Below, one piece after another: positions 1 to 10,404 of a stretch of DNA of 64,000 bases. Below the pieces are notes generated by a model. The model was not told the origin of the DNA. It was given only the letters and a program-made list of their open reading frames with translations, and made no database searches. Both the position numbers and the translations under genes were made by a program. The DNA comes from Tricharina praecox (Eukaryota). The stretch lies in the NCBI RefSeq assembly GCF_024521635.1, contig NW_026250439.1, positions 1-64,000 on the forward strand, written 5' to 3'. Position 1 is the first letter of the stretch. The number at the start of each line of letters is the position of its first letter.

Positions 1-347
1 TTGCTCTGTCGAAGTGTTAGTGGAGCTACTGGCTTAGGAGACGGGTGAACAATATGAAGGGAGGTAGCACAGAAACAGCGGGGATGTAGGACACTGGTAA
101 CGGGCGGGGGAGACTCACTAGTATCGTGGTTGACGGTAAGCCTCAGCAACGAGAGGTCAGGGCCATAAATGGCGCAACCGTCGCCGATGAGCTTCAAGTC
201 GGCACTGACTCCATCGCTGTGCCAGTCGACGTTGGAAGCCGAGTAGCCTCGGCACTTCTCGTTGACACCGGGAGTGAGGTCGGCGAGCGCACGAGCGGAC
301 AGCAGCGACGCCGCGATGAAAAGTGTTTGGACTGGGAAACTCCACAT
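1..347 (-). CDS. Secreted GH31 alpha-glucosidase, 5' part (gene runs off the left edge of the window)
   Basis: This frame is not in the ORF track. ATG at 347 gives MWSFPVQTLFIAASLLSARALA (signal peptide), then DLTPGVNEKCRGYSASNVDWHSDGVSADLKLIGDGCAIYGPDLSLLRLTVNHDT, which matches the C-x-GY-x-ASNV...ADL-x-L-x-G-xx-C-xx-YG-x-D N-terminus typical of fungal GH31 enzymes. Intron 118..6 has GTGAGT, a CTAAC branch site and CAG. Confidence 0.85.
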   Translation of the reverse strand, partial: MWSFPVQTLFIAASLLSARALADLTPGVNEKCRGYSASNVDWHSDGVSADLKLIGDGCAIYGPDLSLLRLTVNHDTSESPPPVTSVLHPRCFCATSLHIVHPSPKPVAPLTLRQS

Positions 348-353
348 AGCGGG

Positions 354-354
<1 letters not shown>

Positions 355-388
<34 letters not shown>
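355..388. repeat. G34 homopolymer (poly-C on the GH31 sense strand, just upstream of the ATG)
   Basis: Directly visible. Confidence 0.95.
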
Positions 389-842
389 CGGCCGATACGA
401 GGAAGATTGAGTGAAGAACAGAACCGTACTGTGACCTGAGGGGATCAGGCTTCACATTTGTACCTCTCCACGTCTCGACGAAAGGGCCCGGTCAATGCGC
501 CATAGGTTCGGGGGTCCACCGCCAAGCCCGGAGCGCGCTGCAGCCACTGCGTCACCTCTGCCGATGTCAGGCTCCGCCGCCGCAACTCTTCCCCGCACAC
601 TTCGCTCGGTGTAAGTCCTTCTCGACGGCGGTCCCGTAGCTAGCGTTGGCGCATCCGCATCCCAGATGTGCGGGGGAATCACCATGCAGCCCGCCGCTCG
701 CCATGTGGTCCGACCTTGATCGGGAAGCTGGCCGAGCAGACTCCTCAACTAATATAAACGAGGGTGCTCAAGCAATATCGAGACATCTTTTTCTTTTTCG
801 GCGCTGAGCTTCAATGTCGAAAGAGAGTAAGGTTTCCTCCCG

Positions 843-868
843 GCGGGGGCGGGGGTGGAGTGTGGAGA
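843..868. promoter_or_regulatory. Cluster of CreA/Cre1-type SYGGRG sites upstream of the GH31 gene
   Basis: GCGGGG x2 and GTGGAG x2 within 26 bp, about 500 bp upstream of the GH31 ATG. The motif is short, so chance matches are common. Confidence 0.35.
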
Positions 869-1605
869 ATGATCGCTGGAAGCGAGCGAGTCAGCCTTTC
901 GCGAGATGGTAGGGAAAAACATCCGAGTCGCGTGCCAGCCACAGTGTGGCGTGGTGAGCCACAAAGAGCTCGATAGAGTTAATTACTTTGCTACGGTGTG
1001 CCTTCCAGTGGCAGTCGGCATTGCCGCATTGCCGCATTGTGGCCACATGGGAAACAGGCCCTTTATGCACGAGTAAGAATGCACCAGGCGCACCTCACGT
1101 TCTCACCCCTGACCCCTGGAACGGGATACTCTCTTGCGTTGCAGTCGCTAGTGCACACTAACCACTCAAAAGAAGTAGCACTGCCACACCTTCACTCCCA
1201 CCGAACAATTTATGGCATAACTTGGCGCGCTGACCGGGCGCGCTCACTGGAGTGGAAACATGTATGCAGGCGGCGACATCACCATCACTCGGTTTCCCAA
1301 TGAACTGGAAATAGAAGTATTTAGACAACCACCGCGTCTGCAGAAGGATGTCCCCCCTGAACGGATATCCCTTGAGCACTGTGGCGCTGTACTTGTATTT
1401 TATTTTTTTTATTTTTATTTACTGCCGCAGTAAAGAGTTTAGCGCTGCAACGCAGGACCTACCCCCCCTGGAACCCGGTGCACCGCCTCCCCCGCGTTGA
1501 GCCACACTATATCCGCAGCGGCTGCTGCACACGAAGAACGAATCGAAATCCAATCGAAAAGGCCGTTTGCGGGGGCGGGCGCGGAACTGGCGCCAGTCCG
1601 GATGA

Positions 1606-1619
1606 CGGAAAATTGGCGG
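1606..1619. promoter_or_regulatory. Candidate AmyR-type site CGG-N8-CGG
   Basis: CGGAAAATTGGCGG about 1.26 kb upstream of the alpha-glucosidase ATG; fits the CGG-N8-(C/A)GG consensus, including an AT-rich spacer. Confidence 0.4.
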
Positions 1620-2319
1620 TGGCTCGTTGGGCTATGTATGCTACTAGAATATTCCACACCCGCTGTCAGATCTACCGACAGTCAACTTCCTAAACGGCGG
1701 CCCACCACATTGGCTCCATTATCGCTGCCTCCGCTGCCACGTTACGGTGCCTTGCGCATGCATGCATGCTTGCTTGTTTGCCATGTTTTCCGCGTGGCGT
1801 GGGTTCTGCAGAACGGTCTTCCCGCCGGTCTCCCCATTACTTTGTTCTTCTCCGCATGCTTCCTCGATTAATCCCTCACAAAGCTGCATGATGATGGTGA
1901 TGCGCGAACAACGTGGAATCCACATCGGCGTGAGTGAACGGGGAACCGACCGAACCACACACACACGAAGTCGGCAGTAGTGAGATGGTGGATGGGGTCG
2001 TATGTGCGTGAAGACAACACCACTGCGAGTACATACAGATGCGAACATTCGATTGGTCCGGAAGTCTTCACGAACAGCGGTTTGGTTCTCCTCCCGTAAA
2101 GGCCCAAGCCACGATGGCAGCCAGTGCAGGACGGATACTCGGGGATTGTAATGTAGAATGTATATACTTCTGAATACTGCTACATGTATTCCAAATACTG
2201 CTAGGTGACTGGACTAGACGATACAGAACACAGCTGGCAGGGAATAGTAAACGGGCATGGGCCCCCGAGAATAGTCGCAGAGCGCTGTAGGATTCCCGCT
2301 GATTCCTCGATCGCCATGG

Positions 2320-2364
2320 TATTGTGGAGTCCAATATTGTGGAGTCCAATATTGTGGAGTCCAA
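2320..2364. repeat. Tandem repeat, 15 bp x3 (TATTGTGGAGTCCAA)
   Basis: Directly visible, no spacers. Confidence 0.95.
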
Positions 2365-3615
2365 CTACTACTTCGCGTAAACTTCGGACGGATGACCGAT
2401 CAGGCGTCGCCCGCCGGCCATCTTAAGTTGCGACTTTCGAATACAGAATGGCCACACTCCCGGTCATGGTGTGGGGGGCGATGGCGGGCACGGAGATCTG
2501 TACTGCATCGGCACTGGGTATCTAGTATGATTCATCTAAATATACTCGATTCCACACTTTGACACTTGCCAAGAGTAGCGGCCACAGCTCTGAGGGCGGC
2601 TTCATCGGCGGCGGCGGAGGAGGAAGAGGGATGACGCTCTACTTGGCGGATGCAGAGTCGAAAAGCGAGGAGCACCCACGCCTTGACCGGGGTGCTGGAG
2701 CACGTTGATCGGCGGTGCGGCTCGATTGGTGGCAGGGAGCTTATGGTTGGCGGGAGAGGTTGCGTTGCCGCGGGAACCTCTCCTATACGGACCTGAACTG
2801 AGTCCAGAGCTGGCGGACCATGGTGGTCGCGGCAGTCGTTTTGGACGGGAGCTCATATCTGTGCGGCGATATTGTCAAAATTTGACGTCCGAAGATGATG
2901 CAACTCGGATCGGATCATCGGAAGTCTTGGACAATGGAAGCTCTCGGAGCACCCGAGGATGGATCGATGTGATGGATTGGCATTTCAAGTTTTAACCAGT
3001 AGTTCCGGCCTCAATTTCTGAGCTGCTAGGGATGGGGTTATGGAGACTTGGTATTGTCGGCAATGGATATGCAGATACCGATGCAAGGATGTCTAGACGA
3101 TGTTCTGTTACTTCTCGTGCTTCTCGTTCGCCCAGGGCCCAGGGAGGCCCTCTATGTACATGTCCTATCCGCTTCAAGATATCATTCCTTCACGTAGAAG
3201 ATATTCACGTCATCAGATAGTTCGCCAGGGGTTTTTGATGTATCCAACAAATCGTAAGTCAGGAGCCTTCAAGAATCCTGCTGTTGGAGGTATTGAGGCC
3301 ATTGCTTCAGGGCGCTGAAGCCGTCGAAGAATTAGCGAGGGATAGAAGAGGATTGTCCATCGCAGGGCACCCACCACTTTCTAAGCATCGAAGTCCTGTT
3401 TCCAGCACGGAAAAAAACCCCGCGTGGTCTAGTGGCCCAGGCCACGCAAACGGTGGGAGGAGTTGGGGGAAAATTGCGGGTTCAACCCAGGTGAAATGTT
3501 GGAAGGATTGGTGGTCGAGATCACCGCAACGATCACGATGGGGAGAGGTGTTGTGTTATTCTCTAGGAACTACGATCCGAGTACACATCTAGCAGGCGTG
3601 ACAATGGACATCGTC

Positions 3616-4529
3616 TCAAAGAACGATGCCATGCGCAATCCGTAGATGGTGCCTGACGGAGCCGCTGTTACTGTTGTAGCAGCTGCGCTTGTCGAGGCAG
3701 TGCTTGCATACCCAGTGACGTTCAACCTTGACCGCGACAGGGTCCCCATGCTGCCATATCACAGACGTCAGCTTCTGCCGGCCTGCGGTCAGCGCAGGTG
3801 CCGGTTCCGCAAATTTCGCGGGTGGAACGCTGGGTGCCTGGGCACTGTCTTGATGCTTGACGCGTTTGGAGCTCCGCCGAGTCTCTGGGACCCTGGGTGT
3901 CACCTGCGTGGTCGAGACCCTGTGGTTTTTCGCCGGCGGAACGCTGGGTACCTGGGTACCGTCTTGACGCTTGAAGTGCTTGCTGCCCCGCCGAGTCTCT
4001 GGGACCCTGTTGTTCACCAGCGTGGTCAGGACGAGATGGGGGAGACTCAGTAACAACTCTAACCGGAAGGTTGCTTGCTCCCAGTCATCTGGTAGCGAGT
4101 GTTCTTCGAGTAATCCGCCCTCTCCGACGACCAAGACCCGGGGAAGGAATTTTGGCGGCTCCTCAATACTGGACCGGAGGGTGACGTTGATGACCGACCA
4201 GTCAACCGTGGTGACGGTGCCCTTAACGGTCTTGACCAGCTTGACGTCGCAAGCCTGCGTGTTCCCCGGGAGCTTTGTAATGATGGCCGGGAGCTCCTCG
4301 GTGATCGTCCCAACCTTCCAGTCCCAACCGTCGTCGGAGTCCCGACCGTCGTCAGAGTCCCGATCGTCGTCAGAGTTCCGATCGTCTTCAGAGTCCCAAC
4401 CGTTGTCAGAGTCGCAACCGTTGCCAGAGTCCCAACCGTTGTCAGACCTACAGGGCGATTAGCGGAACGAACAGCTGTAAGTGACTGTAAGTCGGAAAAA
4501 ATCTACATGGGTGCGATCGAGCTGTTCAT
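3616..4529 (-). CDS. Hypothetical protein (~284 aa) with C-terminal BED-type zinc finger; probably transposon-derived
   Basis: The frame of ORF 3616..4134 stays open to 4447, preceded by a GCTAAT branch site and TAG acceptor. Candidate exon 1 at 4529..4507 (MNSSIAP) is in phase, though its GTAGAT donor is weak. C-terminus SVIWQHG...WVCKHC...YNSNSGSVRHHLRIAH fits W..H/CxxC/HxxxxH BED finger. Confidence 0.6.
4320..4446. repeat. Coding minisatellite, 18 bp x7 (encodes DSDDG[WR]-like acidic hexapeptides on the minus strand)
   Basis: AGTCCCAACCGTYGTCAG-like unit repeated about 7 times. Confidence 0.9.
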
Positions 4530-4905
4530 TGCGTGTTGATGTTGCGTGTTGCGTGTTGGGGGTTATGTGTTCTGTTTGAGGTTTCGGCGTTGCGGGATGT
4601 GGGTTGGTTGCGAAGTGTGAAGCAAAGAAGGTGGATGAGAGAAGGGGATTGAAGTATAGAAGCGTAGGCTGTGTGTAGGGCAACGGGAGTGATTAGGGGC
4701 AACGGGAGCCAGAATGTGAGTGGTGTTTTCACAAGCTGTGTATTGGCCGACACACAACTCACTAGTTTCAATGACTGGTGGGTGAAGGTGTCTTTTGAAA
4801 ATGTGACGAGAATTCCCCACAAGTATGGAGTATAGAAGCGAAACCGTTGTAATACTGGTTGTTGACGGGAAGGGCAGGCTACTGGCGACTGCTCACAGAG
4901 GTGCC

Positions 4906-5289
4906 CAGTGTTCTCTCATCCGATCCGAGCCAGGAACAGACGGTTGCAAAAGTTCTTCATCAGGTCCGAGCCGGTCACGGACGGGTCGGTCCCCGTCCGA
5001 CGGTGGTGGACAGCCGTCCAAGTCACGGAATACGATTCGGCTGTTGATGATTTCTTAGCACTGATATCCTACGCCTCACCGCGTCAGCAGCACATACCTC
5101 ACCGCTCCGCAAGCTGTGCGAAATTGCAGCATTCTGACTCGGACGCCTAAGTTGCGACGTCCTGTCCCTACCACAGAGCCCTAAGCACCCTATCTCACTC
5201 GGACACTCAAGTTCCGCACCCGAAATCAGGTTTTGTCCAAGGCGTAGCAGACTGCCATCGACGGCTGGACCGGACGACGGAGAACACTG
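4906..5289. mobile_element. MITE-like non-autonomous DNA transposon with CAGTGTTCTC terminal inverted repeats (hAT-like ends)
   Basis: Left end CAGTGTTCTCTCATCCGATCCGAGCC; right end reverse-complemented CAGTGTTCTCCGTCGTCCGGTCCAGCC. 10 bp perfect and about 26 bp imperfect TIR. No clear target-site duplication. Confidence 0.6.
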
Positions 5290-5524
5290 GTGGACGGTCT
5301 ACCCCCGCTGGGCTCCCGAGTCTCGTAGTCCAGCACCTCTACTGCATCCTTTCCCACCGTAAAGGTAGCATAGCATCAAGAATGACGAGGGATAGTGGTT
5401 GGCGGGATTACGTTCGACATTCCGTCCTTGTCAAAAACGCCCCCTCCTTTCTGTCCACTTCCATCACTCGCCATGGTACTCATTGTGGCTGTTGTGATAT
5501 CTCACTCGTTGCTCAGTCGCTTAC

Positions 5525-6123
5525 GCAGAAGATCCTGTGGACGGAGGTGCGAAAGAAGACTGGCCGAGGGAATGATAGGTTTAAAATTAGGGACCTCTTT
5601 GCCAATCAAGATTGCAGCAAGGCCGTCCTCTACTTCCTCACCACCACAGATGTGGGCCGGCGGGTGCCCCCTTTGGGGTAGAGCCACAAGCATTTCCGAG
5701 CTTGACCTCTCTGACTTGGCAGCGGCAGCGGTGGATCCCACCTACCCCATAGCAGGAGAAGAGAGAGAAGGAGCGAGAGCGGCGGCAGCGGAGAGAGTAG
5801 CAGCAGCAGAAGAGAGGCGACAGGCTTCCGGCATACGCGAGACGAGATGAGGCGTTAAACAGGCGGGAGGAGTTGGCCAGGGAGCTGTGAGGTAGGGTTT
5901 TGAGAAAGACTGACGCTTTTCCTTTCCATTCCAGTTTGTCATCTCATTTGGTCTTCTCTCTTTCTGTCTTTCCCTTTGTTATGCGTGGATGGGCCGGGCG
6001 GAGGGCAATAGGAAACCCACATCGAGCTCGCGGCCAGCGGTCGGAGAAAGTGGGGTGGAACCGGACGTGTATACAGCCATGATCTTCTAGGGTCGAATGC
6101 TACGATGATGAAACAAAACAAAG
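5525..6123 (+). mobile_element. 5'-truncated non-LTR retrotransposon (Tad1-like LINE), ORF2 C-terminus plus 3' UTR
   Basis: QKILWTEVRKKTGRGNDRFKIRDLFANQDCSKAVLYFLTTTDVGRRVPP resembles the extreme C-terminus of fungal LINE ORF2 as I recall it; followed by a UTR ending in an A-rich (AAAC)n tail at about 6111-6123. Confidence 0.75.
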
Positions 6124-7533
6124 TTCGTCGCAAACCTCATGCAGGGTCCGTACTACTATAGTGTAGAACATGCAGATACGCGCGATAAACCACTATGGAG
6201 AGAGAGAGGGAGAGAACATCGATTTATTATCGCATACGGCCTTAGTAGGTAGATCATCGCAGTCGAATGCTTTGGATATCACTCGGGTTCTTGCATATCT
6301 CGGTCCGGATTGGACACCGTTCTACACTACAGCATGTAGCTACGGAACAGGAGAAAAGGAGAAGGGTGGAATAATGGAAGCAACAGACGGGAGACAAGGT
6401 CATTGACGAGTTGGGGGCGGTGAGCGGACGAGAGGGGGTGGTAGGTAGAGTCCCTAGGGTACAAGTAATGAGGCAAACCAGCATTTTATGGTCAATGAGG
6501 TTGCAAGAAACACCATCCTAAAATAAGTTCACTCAATTAGTGAATGGCGTGAGGTCCAAGATGTCACATTAACGGAGACGTCACTCAATGCAGCATAATG
6601 ATGAATGCGACAAGACGTAGAGGCGCTGGGTTTTGAGATGGTATTGTTGCAAAATGCGATATTTTGAGTAATTTGCAGTGTTATCAAATCGGTTACATTC
6701 ATATGTGGTACTATATACGGCTTATTCTCCTATGCCTTCCTCTAGTTACGCCGCAGCACCGCCCTCTCCCTACCGCGGATAGCATACTCTCCTTGCCGCT
6801 GTCCTTGCTGTCCTTGCCTTGTCCTTTCATGATGTCCTCGCTGTCGGTTCCATCTCTTACTATGCAGTCCTACACTCGAGTCAGCTCAATCTCACTGCGG
6901 ATATCACTGCCATCTCACCACAGATACCACGCTCTCGTCGCTGTCCTCGCCTGTCCTCCTATGCCATCCTACAAAATCAGCCCAGTCTCGTAGCGGATAC
7001 CACACTGTTGTGGAAGTGATTGAGCAGCTGTCTGTGAGAGGAGGAAGTGGATGATGCAGAGATGGAGCAGGTAGCGAGGGGAGGAGCTGTCAGCGAGATG
7101 AGGAGCTGTCAGCGAGTAGCAAGAAGGGCTATCAGGGGGGGGAGCAGTTGTCAACGAGGAGGATAAGTTCTCAGCGAGTAGTAGGAAGAGCGATCAGGGA
7201 AAAGGAGGAGTGGTCAGCGAGGAGGACTTGTTGTGAGAGGAAGAATTGATTGAGGAGATATCAGCGAGGGGAAGGGGGACTGTCATCGAGAGGAGGAGTT
7301 GCGGGGGAGGGGAGAGTAGGAGCTATGGTGAGAGTAGGAGATACGTCAGGAGTAGCAGTTGCGGCGGGTGTGGGAATAGCTTGCGGCGGGAGTAGGAGTA
7401 GGAGCTATGAGAGAAGAGGTATCAGCAGAAGTAGTGGTAGCAGTTGCGGTGGGAGTAGCAGTTGCAGCAGGAATAGCAGTTGCAGCGGGAGGAGGAGTTG
7501 TGATGGTGATGAAAACAGGAATAGGAAGCAGGA

Positions 7534-7617
7534 GAAGAAGAAGAAGAAGAAGAAGAAGAAGAAGAAGAAGAAGAAGAAGAAGAAGAAGAAGAAGAAGAAG
7601 AAGAAGAAGAAGAAGAA
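7534..7617. repeat. Microsatellite (GAA)28
   Basis: Perfect trinucleotide run. Confidence 0.97.
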
Positions 7618-7984
7618 GCAGAAGCATACGGCCCCGCCATGGACGCTAGCGTCGACTCCCGCCAACGTTGATGCTCCCCACTAACCACATCCGCTTCCTG
7701 GCACAGATACATCCTCCTCCTCCTGCTTCTGCCTCCTTCCGCCGACAGCTCCCTCGCTGGACCCTAATAATCTTCGGGCCGGCCGGACTATTCCCAAGTC
7801 TGGCCGTTTGCAAGTCCATTGTGTGGTGGCAGACGAGAGTAGAGGTTCAAGATCAACTATCCTGTAGATGATGGTGATGACTAGAGAGAGAGAGGAGGTG
7901 GAGGTTGAACGTGTATTCTGCAGACGAGATGAAGATGATGAGGGAGAGAGAGTGAGATGAGACCTGTCGGACAGCCTTCAAGTT

Positions 7985-8094
7985 CGCTGCCTGCCCGCTG
8001 CCTGTCCGCTGCCTGCCCGCTGCCTGCCCGCTGCCTGCCCGCTGCCTGCCCGCTGCCTGCCCGCTGCCTGCCCGCTGCCTGCCCGCTGCCTGCC
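7985..8094. repeat. Minisatellite, 11 bp x10 (CGCTGCCTGCC)
   Basis: Directly visible, with one substitution in copy 2. Confidence 0.95.
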
Positions 8095-9410
8095 GAGTTT
8101 GCTGCATTTACTAGCAATAATGCATTTAGCACGGTGCGTATCTGTCACCAAATGAGGAGCACCTCATGCTGCGACATTTCGGATGCAGTCAATGAGTGAT
8201 TCACTCATTCCTTGTACCCTAGGGAGTGCGGACATCCAAAAACACATCTACCCCACTTTCTCTGGGCTCAGCCTTCTTCTTCGGCCGTTCTTCGCCCGCC
8301 CTTTCCCCCTCATCGTCGGGCAGTAAGCCTTCATTAGCCTCGCCCCTCGGCCCGGATGTGTGCTCCTTCACACCATGTCACCACGCACCAGGCCCGAGAA
8401 AGGCCTACCCACCCACAACAAAATCCCAGGATCGAGCGCCTGGCTCACCGTCACACCTGCCAGTTGAGCCTCCCGGACCACCCCGCTCTGCCGAACATTA
8501 CCCCGCTTCCTTCTGAGTAATACCCCGCTTCCTGTGTCTATTGGTGACACGCGGACTCTGCGCGTGTCAGCCGCACAGATGTACTCCCTGGGTGAGCGTG
8601 CATACTGCTGCCCGTTCTATGTCTTCATTGGTGAGCGCGGAGATCGTTTGGAAGGCGAATACTCGCTGCCGCATCAGTCATGACATGATCCGGCGACTGT
8701 TTATGCACGTTGTTGCGCGAAACGGAGCAGGCGAGCCGACACGCATCGGTAGCGGAGCAAACTGGAACATGTGATCTTGCGGTGATCCTACATGTGTATC
8801 TGTGTATTCCTCGGTTCCGCAAGTACACTGCTCGGCCTGCCGAACAATTGGTATGGAGAAGTTGTGTCATGCATTCGCGCAATGGCTGATCCACTGTGCC
8901 ATACGAGTAGATCCAGTCGCCTCTATCCGTCGCCGGTCGATCTCTATCCGTCGCCGGTCCCCGCTACCCGTCGCCGGTCGCAGCTGTTTATTCTTTTCCA
9001 CCACCACCCGACCGGCGCCGAGCCGAAGCATCTCCACTTCCCCCGCATTACGCGCAGACAGAGACTCGCTAAGCCCTGCTTATCGTGTGCGGAAACATCC
9101 ACAGAATCTACATAAACCTTTCCCCCCCCACGTGTATGCCATATCAAGCTGCATATAAACCGAGCGCTGCATCACGGTTTCGATGAGCAACCGTTGGAGA
9201 GCCTCGCGTGCCAGCAGCTACCGAAGTGAACCCGAATCTGAGGACGCAAGCGCGAGTATTCCTTTATTGGCGACAAGTGATAGTGGTAAAACGAATCATC
9301 CTCAGAACATCTACCCTTCCCATTGCACTCAAAGTTCTTCATCTCGCTGACAATGCATAGACCATCTTGCCTTCTCATCAACCTATAAGCGACACCGCTC
9401 AACCAGTGCC

Positions 9411-10404
9411 ATGGCGAAAAGCCAGGATGAACCCGAGGCGACTGCCGGGGGTGACGACCTCCCCGACTCCGGGACGTCAATAACAGGCTTGCTGATATAC
9501 AACCTGCAAAGGTGGAGCCGCGAGCGCTATCCCGGTGCGGCCTTGTTCAACTTTGGGACATTCCTCCTTCCTGCTATCTACGGCACGCTGTCGAAACTGT
9601 GGGTCTCGCAGATTGATAGCTCGCTGGTGGCTACGACCGACGTGTGTACGTACGTGTTAATTGCTTTTCCTCTGATCGATCGTTGTTTATTACACCATCA
9701 CCATCATCATTGACAGCTCAAGTCAATAATACCCACTGGCCGTATGTCGTATGTAGATACATTGGCGTTTTCGCCGAAGTCCTCAACGAGGGCCTCCCCC
9801 GAGTTTCCTACCTCATCATCGGCGACCGCTCCTCGCGTACCATGCACTCACGCATCCAGCTCTCCAACACGCTCATCGTCTTCCGGACGCTTCTGGGCCT
9901 GATCATGTCGATCGTATTCGCCACGTCGGCGACGCGGTTCGCGCAAACCTTCGAGATTATCCGCCCCGCGCTTCTCTCGATCATGTGCGTCCTCCTGATC
10001 GAAATCCCGCTGTTCCTGATCCTGACCTTCGCCGCCGTGCGGCCGTTCGCGCTGTACCTCTCCGGGATTCAGGCGGTAGCGGACGTAGTCCGACATACGT
10101 GGCGCACGATCGACTGGTGCTACATATTCTACGCGGTGTCGACACAGGCTTCGGCGATCCTGCTCGCGACCCTGCCCGAGCTGTATTGGTGGAAATCTTT
10201 CGCTTCGAATCTACTCTGGGACCGTGGGCCATTGCGATTAGTCGCATCAATATTACTGAGGATACGGCGTGGCGGTTTCATGCGGTTGTGTTTGGGGGGA
10301 GTTTGGTGCCGAGTGCTGGTGTTACCGCAGTGGTTGTCGGGTGGTGGTGGTGGTGGTCGTTCGGGAGGGGGAGGGCGAGGCTCGGAAGGTGGGTGGCCAC
10401 GTAG
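9411..10404 (+). pseudogene. Multi-pass membrane protein (possibly MATE/MOP-like), frameshifted and probably internally deleted
   Basis: Exon 9411-9649, intron 9650-9756 (GTACGT..TAG), then TYIGVFAEVLNEGLPR...TWRTIDWCYIFYAVSTQ...SNLLW. The hydrophobic C-terminus (PWAIAISRINITEDTAWRFHAVVFGGSLV) continues in another frame from about 10220 to TAG at 10404. Confidence 0.65.

Noticed and set aside
2320..2364. Short direct repeats (also 4320-4446, 7985-8094, 53619-53662) as a CRISPR array
   Set aside because: Head-to-tail repeats without unique spacers, no cas genes, eukaryotic context.
7250..7712. Poly-K, poly-R, poly-L, poly-F and poly-S ORFs
   Set aside because: Artefacts of the (GAA)28 microsatellite.
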